Of a stretch of DNA of 20,000 bases, positions 10,316 through 19,030 are shown one piece after another. The notes beneath the pieces were generated by a model, which saw only the letters and a program-made list of their open reading frames with translations, was not told where the DNA came from and ran no database searches. Position 1 is the stretch's first letter, and every line of letters starts with the position of its first letter. This stretch comes from Chiloscyllium plagiosum. Taxonomy: Eukaryota. The position numbers and the translations under genes were made by a program. The stretch spans positions 6,736,114-6,756,113 of the forward strand of contig NC_057720.1 in assembly GCF_004010195.1 (NCBI RefSeq), given 5' to 3'.

Positions 10316-10526
10316 AGGGAGAAACTGAGGACTGCAGATGTTGGAGATCAGAGTCACGAGTGTGTTGCTGGAAAAGCACAGCAGGTCAGGTAACATCCAA
10401 AGAGCAGGAGAATCGATGTTTTAGACTAGAACCTGATGATTCCTGGTGAAGGGCACTGGCCCGAAACGTTGATTTTCCTGCTCCTCTGATGCTGCCTGAC
10501 CTGTTGTGCTTTTCCAGCACCACTCT
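10316..10526. mobile_element. Penelope-like terminal repeat, family B, palindromic insertion
   Basis: Inverted arms with TSD CATATCT(A/G)AAT at 10305-10315 and 10527-10537. The plus arm has a hammerhead motif with a mutated core. Confidence 0.85.
10438..10474 (+). ncRNA. Minimal hammerhead motif, family B, mutated (CUGA to CUGG)
   Basis: GATTC-CTGGTGA-A-GGGC-ACTG-GCCC-GAAAC-GTT-GATT. Confidence 0.65.
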
Positions 10527-10539
10527 CATATCTGAATGT

Positions 10540-10717
10540 GTGTGGTTGATTTGTGTAGACAGCTGATTTGTAATGTAAAAGGATGCCAACAGCATAAGTT
10601 CAATGCCATCACCAGCTGAAGTCACCATGAAGGACTCTCCTTCTCAACCATTCCCTCACCTGAGGCATGGTGATCCCCAGGTTAAACCAGTCATCTCTCT
10701 CTCTCTCTCTCTCTCTT

Positions 10718-10759
<42 letters not shown>

Positions 10760-10790
10760 GTGAGACAATGGTGACTTTACCCTTACCTAC
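10540..10790 (+). mobile_element. tRNA-like SINE (third family) with an expanded (CT)n
   Basis: GATGCCAACA..TCAAT..CACCAGCTGA.GT.ACCA.GA.G.ACTCTC.TTCTCAACC is shared with 13143-13338. Confidence 0.7.
10695..10757. repeat. (CT)n microsatellite, interrupted
   Basis: Read directly from the sequence. Confidence 0.95.
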
Positions 10791-12141
10791 TTAAAATAAA
10801 ATATAAACCTGAAAGGAAAATAATTTTTTTGCTGATGGGGCGAAATGAGAAAGAATAACAGGATTTCCAATGAAGTGTAAGTACCAGCATGGACCAGTTG
10901 GGCTGAATGGCCTGTTTCATTACTGTACAATCTATGCACTCCTGTCCGAACATTTTCATCACATCAAATGCTTCTCCTCATTCACCGCTTCATCTTTCCT
11001 GCTCAAAGGAGAACAATCCCAGTCAGCTTCAGAAATCTTTTCAGATTATTGAAAGTCTTCGCCCCTGTATCATTCCAGTGATCTTCCTCTGCTTCCTCTT
11101 CAATGCCAGATAGTCCAAGCTGAGGTCAATCTCCAGAATTGACCTCAACTGCTCCAGCTGGTGTGTAATCAGTTATTTATGAAAATTAACTATAGCTTCC
11201 CTGATTGTGAGGAACATTGAGAGGATAGGAAGCAGTATTTCCATAACAGAGTGCAGCAGAAGCTGAGGGTCTAAGAATACCCATACCCACGTCCTCTTCG
11301 CGTGTTTTGCCCTCTGAGGTGAAAGGGTGAACCTGGAGGAAGAGGGAGTCAAAGAGAAAAAGCAACCTGTGATACGCTTCTGTCAATTCAATGTGGTGAC
11401 TATAGCTCAGTGACCCTCCCCACCCTTTTCCTCTGCATTGTTAAGTGCCCTAAGACAAGTTCTTGTACAGTATTAGTACAAGTCATTACTGAAGTCCATT
11501 AAAGGAAGGTAACTGGTAAGTGATCTTAATTACCTTGAATTAAAATGGAAAATGGAGAGATCATTTCGAAGGAGAGTAAAGTTGGACCGGATTTCTAACA
11601 GGGGAAGAAGGCCAAGCCCTGGACCTTTCTTGCGATCAAATTAATGGGAGCTAGAAAAAGAAATTTGCATAGGAAATATCCTTGCAGTTTAATTATCCAT
11701 GGCTCTGAGATATCACTCAGCACTCGTGCCTGACAATAATCATGACCACCAGAATCATTAAGAACCAATTAAACTAATAATTAAGAAATTTGGATGTCAA
11801 GAAAAGGGATAGCAAGATGCAAATTTCAGTCATAAATTTCAGCTTTAAGCACTTGGCATGATTGAGTTTGACTCAAAGTAGGACATTAGGCTGTGGGACT
11901 GCTTCAATGCACTCAGCTGATCAGCAGAAGTCAAGTGCATTGAATACATTACACTGGCCAGCTTCTGAGGTTTGTAGAGATAGGACTTGATTCCAAAGCC
12001 AGCAGTGAATTCAGTGGGGTTAGGGAACCAACTCCCCCCCACCCAACTCCCCAACCACCACCACCCCACCCCGGCCACCTTCTTTAATTGTAACTATTTT
12101 CTTCTCTTGGGCCTCAGTTCCATGTTCCATGATTTCACTCC

Positions 12142-12356
12142 CAAAAGTTAAAAATCACACAGCACCAGGTTATAGTCCAACAGGTTAATTTAGAAGCACT
12201 AGCTTTCGGAGCGCTGTTCCTTCATCAGGTGGTTCACTTGATGAAGAAGCAGCACTCGAAAGCTAGTGCTTCTAAATTAACCTGTTGGACTATAACCTGA
12301 TGTTGTGTGATTTTTAATTTTGTCCACCTCAGTCCAACACCGACATCTACACATCA
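12142..12356. mobile_element. Penelope-like terminal repeat, family A, palindromic insertion
   Basis: About 85-bp inverted arms. Degenerate TSD TCACTCCCAAAAGT (12135-12148) / TCAATTCCAAATGT (12357-12370), 11/14. Confidence 0.85.
12197..12231 (-). ncRNA. Minimal hammerhead ribozyme, family A, intact core
   Basis: Minus strand CAC-CTGATGA-A-GGAAC-AGC-GCTCC-GAAAG-CTA-GTG. Stem I CAC/GUG, one mismatch in stem II, CUA triplet. The mirror copy at 12235-12268 is decayed. Confidence 0.75.
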
Positions 12357-13029
12357 TCAATTCCAAATGTGACTGTATCAACCCAAGGGGGCCTGCATTT
12401 TGAGATCTGGATGGCACCATTAGGAATCAGATTGGGGACGTGGTGGGGAAAGATTCCTGATTCGTGGTAGGTTAAACGGAGGACACATGGACACAAGGGA
12501 GCCAAAGTTTTCCTGATGTTACCATCTCTAACATCCATATCCATCTTTCCCGCAAGATTAAATCTTTGGTTTCTTCAAGCGGGTTTTTATCTCTGATGCA
12601 ATAAAGTGACAAACAGCATCTTCTGGGACTGTGAATGTGCACATCCTCCTCATCCTCATTGAGCACAACTGTAGTCAGTCACCACTCCACCCTGTTCCAA
12701 AGCCTGCTTCCACTCCCCCCCCCCATTCTCCAGCTTGGGTCAGATTGTTTGCACTCAGTCTCCCTTTTAGCTCATCCAAATGTAAGTCTCTAGGTCGCAT
12801 ATGCTCTGTGGCACCTCTCTGCCTCATTTGTTACATACTCCTCCCACACTATATTCTCTACAGCACAACTTCAGGCACCAGAGCTCCATGCTCTACTATT
12901 GCCAGTAAGTCTAATGGATTCATGGTGTTGTCATAAAACCCAGAGCTGGCAAAAGGAATTGTCATAGATCAGTCCATGATTTGCCATAAGCAATATAGAT
13001 TAGCAGTAAAATCCATTATTAGGCTATTT

Positions 13030-13142
13030 ATGGAGATGTACAGCAAGCTGTCCATGCCAACCAGATATCCCAACCCCACCTGCCAGTACCTAGCGCATAT
13101 CCCTCCAAACCCTTCCTATTCATATATCCATCCAGATGCCTT
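13030..13142 (-). mobile_element. CR1 3' UTR fragment
   Basis: TCCATGCCAACCAG..CATATCCCTCCAAACCCTTCCTATTCAT parallels 3350-3436. Confidence 0.7.
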
Positions 13143-13338
13143 GCAGTCGGTTAGCTCATTGAGCTGGACGGCTGGCTTGTGGTGTGAAGTGATGCCAACA
13201 TTATGAGATCAATTCCTTGCACCAGCTGAGGTTACCACGAGGTACTCTCTTTCTCAACCTCTCCCCTCACCGGTGATCTGGGGGTTCAGCCCCCACCAGA
13301 GCAGCCCTATGGTTCAGTCAGGTTGTGGTGTGTTCACT
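13143..13338 (+). mobile_element. tRNA-like SINE (third family)
   Basis: A-box-like TAGCTCATTGAG and B-box-like GATCAATTCC. Homologous to 10540-10790. Confidence 0.7.
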
Positions 13339-13598
13339 TTTGTAACTGGAGTAGGAGGATGTGAATAGCCTTTGTTGGAAATCTGCTTTCACGGCCACAG
13401 AAATGGCAGGTGACGGCCATCCCCAACAAGAGTTTAAGGTGTTGCATTTTGGTGAAGCATACCAGGGCAGGACTTACACAGTCCCTGGTGGGGCTCCAGG
13501 GAGTGTTATTGAACAAAGAGATCCAGGGGTACAGGTTCATAGCTCCTTCATAATGGAGTGGTGGGTAGACAGGGCATTGAAGAAGGTTTTCAGCATGC

Positions 13599-13785
13599 AA
13601 ATGTTAAAAATCACACAACACCAGGTTATAGTCCAACAGGTTTAATTGGAAGCGCTAGCTTTCGGAGCGCCGCTCCTTCATCAGGTGATTGTGGAGGGCA
13701 CAATTATACGGCACAGAATTTATAGCAAAAGTTTGCAGCGTGATGTAACTGAAATTATACATTGAAAAAGACCTTGATTGTTTGT
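13599..13785 (-). mobile_element. Penelope-like terminal repeat, family A, single arm with extra internal sequence
   Basis: GTTAAAAATCACACAACACCAGGTTATAGTCCAACAGGTTTAATTGGAAGC is nearly identical to 2271-2321. It continues about 100 nt beyond the ribozyme and interrupts the CR1 frame. Confidence 0.85.
13653..13687 (-). ncRNA. Minimal hammerhead ribozyme, family A, intact core
   Basis: Minus strand CAC-CTGATGA-A-GGAGC-GGC-GCTCC-GAAAG-CTA-GCG. Perfect 5-bp stem II, one mismatch in stem I. Confidence 0.75.
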
Positions 13786-14367
13786 TAGCTTTCATCGTTC
13801 AGAGCACTGAGTATTGGAGATGGAAAGTCTTGTTGTAGCTGTAGAAGACATTGGTGAGGCCACATTGGGAACACTGCATTCAGTTCTGATCGAGCTTTTA
13901 TAGAAAGGATATTTTTAAACTAGAAAAAGTGCACAAAAGATTTGTTCGGATCCTACCCAGACTGGAAGCTTTGTGTTCTTAAGGATAGGCTGAGAGAGTT
14001 CGAGCCTAGGAAATGAGGAGTGACCTTATAGAAGCCTATAGAATCATGAGAGGTATAGATAAGACAGCTTTCCCCATGGTCGGGGAGTCTAAACTAGAGG
14101 GCATAGGTTTAAGGAGAGAGGGGAGAGACACAAAGGGGACCTGAGGGCCAATAGTTTCTGAAACAGGTTGCTGGAGATAGTGGTGGAAACGAGTACACTT
14201 TTGTTATTTGAGAAACATTTACACAGGCGCATGGATGGGATAAGTATGGAGGGATATGGACCAAACACAGGCAAATGGGACTAGATTAAATTGTGAAAAA
14301 TAGGTGGCATGGGCAGGTTGGGCTGAAGAACCTGTTTTCATGCTGTAGACCTCTATGATTCTAAGAG

Positions 14368-14800
14368 TCATTTCACCTGATGAAGGAGCAGCGCACCAAA
14401 AGCTTGCAATTTCACAGAAACGTGTTGGACTATAACATGGTTGGGGTGGCATGGTGGCTCAGTGGTTAGCACTACTCCCTCACAGCACCAGTTGGGTTTG
14501 GTTCCAGCCTTGGGCGACTGTCTGTATGGAGTTTGCACAGTCTCCCCGTGTCTGCATGGGTTTCCTCCAGGTGCTCTGGTTTCCTCCCACAGTCCAAAGA
14601 TGTTTAGGTTTGGTGGATTGGCCATGCTAAATTGCCCATAGTGTTCAGGGATGTGTAGGTTAGGTGCATTAGTCAGGGGCAAATGTAGGGGAATGGGTTA
14701 CTCATCGCAGGGTCGGGGTGAACTTGTTGGGTCAAAGGGTCTCTTTCCACGCTGTAGAGATTCTATTCTATTCTATCCTGGTGTCATGTGACTTTTGACT
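14368..14800 (+). mobile_element. Older family-A-like Penelope terminal repeat split by an HE1-like SINE (pieces 14368-14441 and 14777-14800)
   Basis: CAC-CTGATGA-A-GGAGC-AGC-GCACC-AAAAG-CTT..TGTTGGACTATAACATGG, then the SINE, then CCTGGTGTCATGTGACTTTTGAC. Confidence 0.7.
14444..14776 (+). mobile_element. tRNA-derived V-SINE (HE1-like), near full length
   Basis: A box TGGCTCAGTGG, B-box-like GTTTGGTTCC, V-domain, and a tail ending (ATTCT)n. Confidence 0.9.
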
Positions 14801-14809
14801 ATAGGTTCA

Positions 14810-15355
14810 CCACCACTGAATTCCCCACTATCAACATCCTGGAGATTACCAGTGACCAGAAACTAATCTGGACTAGCTGTAGGAGCTACAAGAGGATGCA
14901 GATGACTAGCTCACCTCCTGACTCCCTAAAAGTCTATCCACCATCTACAAGGCACAAGTCAGGAGTGCGATGGAATACTGCCCACTTGCCTGGATGGGAG
15001 CCCCTCCAACAACACTCAAGGATTTCGACATCATCCAGGACAAAACGACCTGATCCACTGGCACCACATCCACTACCTTCAACGTTTACTTCCTTCACCA
15101 TCAACAAGCACACTATAGCAGCGGGGCTTTCCACTCACACGATGTGCTGCAATAACTCACCCAGGTTCCTCTGACCGCACCTTCCATATCCCTCACCTCT
15201 ACCACCCAGAGGGAAGTGGACATCAGGTGCGAGGGAACACCAACATCTGCAAGTTCCCTGACCGTTCACCACGCTGACTTGGAAATATATCGCCATTCCT
15301 TCATTTTCACTTGGTCAAAATTCGAGAACTCCCTTCCTAACAGCATCAGGATAGT
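14810..15355 (+). mobile_element. CR1/L2-group LINE (second family) ORF2 3' fragment
   Basis: TINILEITSDQKLIWTS and IYKAQVRSAMEYCPLAWMGAPPTTLKDFDIIQDK motifs. Homologous to 6040-6500. Confidence 0.8.
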
Positions 15356-15654
15356 CTACATCAGAAGGAGTAGAGTACAGGGTAAGGGTGTGATTTCAGA
15401 AAATCAAAGCGTTTTTGTACAGCTGGGTAGACAGTTCAGTGACTGACAGTAAGACTTCCATTTTCAAATTATAGTGTTCCACTATTCCAATTATTTGGTT
15501 GAATAGTCCCTTTTCTAATGGATTGCTAATCACAGGTCTCCTCCTAAATTTTAATAGCATCTAATCTTGATAATATTGATAAAGCATATTGAGAATATGC
15601 TTTAATGATGAGCTTTAACAAAGTAGTCTGTCCTTAACAGGAGTCCAGAGAGAT

Positions 15655-16200
15655 TAGGAAGACTGAGAGAGAGACAGAGGCGAGAGAGAGGGCAGGAGCA
15701 CAGGGAGGGAGAAAGAGCACAGGAAGAGAGTGAAGAAACCCAGCAAGAGCAGGAATCCAGTGAGTGAGAGCAGGAACAGAGAGAGAGAGAGATGGAGCAT
15801 GGGGAGAGAGCTGGACCACAGAGACAGCAGGAACAGAGAGAGAGAGAAAGAGGGCAGGAACACAGACAGGGCAGGAACATTGAGAGAGAGATAGCAGGAA
15901 CACAGAAAGCAGGAACACAGAGAGCAGGGACACAGAGATAGCAGGGACAGAGAGAGAGCAGGGAAGGAGAGAGAGAGAGAGCAAGAGCTCAGGGAGAGAG
16001 AAGAAGCATGGGGAGATAGCTGGACCACTGGGACAGCAGGAACAGAGAGGAAGAAAGAGAGAGCAGGAACACAGAGAGAGCAGGAACACAGAGAGAGCAG
16101 GAACACAGAGAGAAAGAGAGAGAGAGAGAGCAGGAGATCAGGGAGAGAGAAGGAGCATGGAGAGATAGCTGGAACACAGGGACAGCAGTTGCACACGCAG
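15655..16200. repeat. Purine-rich (GA) compound minisatellite
   Basis: Recurring GAGAGAGCAGGAACACA units, plus a higher-order block GAGCATGGGGAGATAGCTGGA..ACAGCAG at about 15795, 16004 and 16153. Confidence 0.9.
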
Positions 16201-16611
16201 AAGTTCAGAGAGTGAGCCAGAGCAACTTAACAGAAGATGAAGGAGTCAAGGGATGGACATGAACAATGGTGAGAGCAGAGGCATGCAGAGATTAGTAGTC
16301 CAGGAAGATAGAACAAGGGTCCTGGGGAGATAGCAGGTGCACTAGGGGAGAGAGGGTAGTAGCCCACAGTGACAGACAGTGGGAGAACAGAGAGAACACA
16401 ATTCACAGTAAACTCAGGAGGAACAGGGGGAAGAGCTGGAGCAATGGGGAAGAAGATCCTGAGCGGAGGATAGTGATGCAGAGAGCACGGTCTGTCTTGT
16501 AACCAACAGACATTGAGTTTCTGGACCTGGGTTTCCATGACAACCTCCACCAAGTGCTCCAAGTCCCTATCAGCAAATCAAGGTCCTAACCTGCCCCTTT
16601 TGGCCATCTCT

Positions 16612-16820
16612 AGGTCACCATCCTGTCTTGATAATAAATCGCCGTTCCTTCAGTGTCACTGGGTCAAAATCCTGGAATTCCCTCCCTAAAGGCATTGTGG
16701 GTTCACCTACAGCAGTGGTTCCAGAAGGCAGCTCACCACCACCTTCTCAAGGGCAACTAGAGGCAGACAATAAATGCTTGCTCAACCTGAAGCACCCACA
16801 TATTACTGGCGAATAAAAAC
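16612..16820 (+). mobile_element. 3' end of second-family LINE
   Basis: SFSVTGSKSWNSLP followed by GCAGCTCACCACCACCTTCTCAAGGGCAACTAG..CAATAAATGC. Confidence 0.8.
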
Positions 16821-16896
16821 ACAAAATACAGATTGTTTTTATTACACTGCAAGGGTGGTTGTGTGTTCCTGTCTTGCTGTGCTTGAACTGGTGCGA

Positions 16897-16965
16897 AGAC
16901 CATAAGGTAGGAGCAGAAGAAGGCCATTCAGCCCATTGGGTCTTCTTCGCGATTCGATGAGATCA
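16897..16965 (-). mobile_element. Short CR1 3' tail
   Basis: TAGGAGCAGAAGAAGGCCATTCAGCCC..GAGATCAT parallels 6590-6650. Confidence 0.65.
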
Positions 16966-17124
16966 TATTCTGGCAGTGGGAACTTCCCAAAATTTGATAC
17001 TTAGCTGACGTTTAATAAAACCCATTCTACTGCTGTAGGAACTACATGTATAAATTTGTGTGTGAACTACCCTCCAAAGAAATGGAACTTTTCTGTGGAG
17101 TTTCTGTGGAATTAATTGAGTGAC

Positions 17125-17350
17125 CAATTTTGGCCCTGACACCAGTGATAACTCAGTCCTCTTCTTCAAGGAAGTGCAGCAGGAGATCTTGCAATAGGCT
17201 GTGAGGGCGGATGGGGCTTTGGCTAACTTCAATACATGCAACACTCCCTTCATGCAGCACTGGGTAGTCCACCTCAATCTATACACCGAGTCTGAGGGTG
17301 AGATTTGAATGTCCAATAGTTAACCCACTGGCAAACAGCACAGTGCCTAC
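17125..17350 (-). mobile_element. Decayed Deu-SINE central domain
   Basis: TTGGCCCTGACACC..CTCTTCTTCAA..GAGGGCGGATGGGGC..TGCAACACTCCCT..GCACTGG is collinear with the reverse complement of the recalled Deu domain. Confidence 0.6.
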
Positions 17351-17844
17351 CAGGGTGTCAGATACAGAGACAACACAAGCAGTGATCACATCAGATTTCT
17401 GGAGAACTGATTTTGCGTGGCAAACTTGGATAAACTTAGAAATCACTCTAAGGGAAAAATAATAACAGGCAGTTCTACGCCAAATAGGAGTCTGTCATTC
17501 ACTGTGATTTGTTTTTCCTTCTTTAAGTTACCAGTCACTTCCACACTTCCACCCTCTTGCACAGTTCACTTGCTCTTGCTGGATACAGCTCACTCACCAA
17601 CACATACTCCAACTCAGAGATTACCGCGCAGGTAAAATCAAAATTGATTTCCAATGAACATAGCTATTGAATTTGCAAGATTGATCTTTTCCTCCTTTTA
17701 CAAATGCTTTTAGATGTTCTGTGCAAGTATCTCTTGGTTTCAAAGCAATTTGTTGTTGAATTATTTATCCAGCAATTAGAACCACATGCATTGATGTAAC
17801 ACCAGCAGGAGATTTTGCGTTGCAGCAATAACAGTGGGCCCAGC

Positions 17845-18070
17845 TCTGATCTCAAAGTACCCTGTTCAAGTCCCACTCCAGGACCTGTCAGCCACAAAAG
17901 CTGTGTTTGTAATGTGGCCAAATAAATTGATTCTTAATGCAAATCCCTGCAAACACACTCAAAGGAGAGAGTAGAGAATTCAGGAGTTTCCTGGTCATCC
18001 ATCTTGCAGAAGGCAATGGCAAACATTGAACATAAACATAGAGCAATCCAATATTTATCTATGGCCAACT
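17845..18070 (+). mobile_element. Possible SINE with an RTE-like tail
   Basis: B-box-like GTTCAAGTCC at 17864-17873 and GAAGGCAATGGCAAAC at 18009-18024, which resembles RTE/BovB-type 3' ends. Confidence 0.4.
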
Positions 18071-18096
18071 GTTAGAAATGACAACTGAGACACCTA

Positions 18097-18222
18097 TGGA
18101 TGCTGTAAATCAGAAACAAAAATGGAAATTGCTGGAAAATCTCAGCAGAATCCACGGAGAGAAATCAGAGTTAACGTTTTGGCTTCTTCAGACCCCATTT
18201 TTCCAGCAATTTCTGTTTTTGT
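18097..18222. mobile_element. Degenerate Penelope-like terminal repeat (related to family B) with a short inverted arm
   Basis: ACAAAAATGGAAATTGCTGGAAAA / TTTTCCAGCAATTTCTGTTTTTGT inverted pair. Minus-strand remnant CTGAAGA-AGCC-AAAAC-GTT at about 18173-18191. Confidence 0.65.
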
Positions 18223-18334
18223 GAGAAATGAGGATGACCGAAAAGAAATAAACCCTTAACTTGGTGAATGGTTCCAAGTTACTCAATAAATATTATTGCG
18301 CCACGTTTGATTTTTGTTCATTTATTTATTGTAA

Positions 18335-18701
18335 TTCATTCACAGGATCACGGCTTCACTGGCTAGGCCATTCCTAATTGCCCAGAGGGCAGTTAAGAGT
18401 TAGTCACATTGCTTTGGGTCTGGAGTCACATGAAGGGTAAACCAGGTAAGGATGGCAGTTTCCTTCCTTAAGGGACATGAGTGAGTGAAGATATATTCAA
18501 GCGGGAGCTGGACGTGCCCCTTGCAGTGAAAGCAATCAAGGGGTATGGGGAGAAAGCAGTTGTGGGATATTGACATTGCATGATCAACAATGATTATATT
18601 GAACGGTGTTTTCTGTTTCTATGTCATCATTAGACTCTTAATTCCGGATTTTGATTAGATTTAAGTTCACCCTCTGCCACCACGGTATTTGAACCTGGAT
18701 C
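18335..18701 (-). mobile_element. SINE (family of 7729-8066) interrupted by a plus-strand CR1 3' fragment at about 18488-18623
   Basis: CCTAATTGCCCAGAGGGCAGTTAAGAGT and TCATCATTAGACTCTTAATTCC match 7790-7945. The insert has a CR1-type ATATTCAAG..ATCAAGGGGTATGGGGAGAAAGCAG. Confidence 0.7.
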
Positions 18702-18702
18702 C

Positions 18703-19030
18703 TTGGGGAGGCGATAACCTAGTAGTATTATTGCTGGACTATTAACCCAGAGACCAAGATAATGTTCTGGGGACCTGGGTTTGAATACTGTCACGGCAGA
18801 TGGTGGAATTTGAATTCAATAAAATACCTGGAATTGAGAGTCTTACGATGACCTTAAATCCATTGTCAATGTCGGAAAAAACCATCTGGTTCACTGATGC
18901 CCTTTGAGGAAGGAAACTGCCATTCTTACCTGGTCTAGCCTATGTTGGCTCTTGACTGCCCTTTGGGCAATTAGGGATGGGCAATAAATGCAGCCTAACC
19001 AGTGATACCCTCATCCCATAAATGAATAAA
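18703..19030 (+). mobile_element. tRNA-like SINE with second-family LINE tail, near full length
   Basis: A-box-like TAACCTAGTAG, B-box-like GGTTTGAATAC, tail GGGCAATTAGGGATGGGCAATAAATGC..AATGAATAAA. Confidence 0.8.

Larger units (their letters stand above)
10063..10937 (+). mobile_element. Old CR1 3' end split by two insertions (pieces about 10063-10315 and 10795-10937)
   Basis: Decayed LFSL(E)..FRRNF..PQG motifs and a tail GGACCAGTTGGGCTGAATGGCCTGTTTC..CTATG. Confidence 0.65.
13430..14364 (+). mobile_element. CR1 LINE 3' end split by a Penelope-like fragment
   Basis: KVLHFG..EQRDPGVQVH..KTLVRPH..TRGHRFK motifs and a tail GGGCTGAAGAACCTGTTTTCATGCTGTAGACCTCTATGATTCTA. Confidence 0.85.

Noticed and set aside
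12030..12080. C-rich run (G-quadruplex potential on the minus strand)
   Set aside because: Short, irregular tracts that are common in vertebrate DNA, with no supporting context.
15602..16196. Leu/Ser/Cys-rich ORFs up to 180 aa
   Set aside because: These arise because a CT-rich low-complexity strand lacks stop codons.
15655..16200. CRISPR-like repeat-spacer array
   Set aside because: Vertebrate context, degenerate low-complexity units, no unique spacers and no cas genes.
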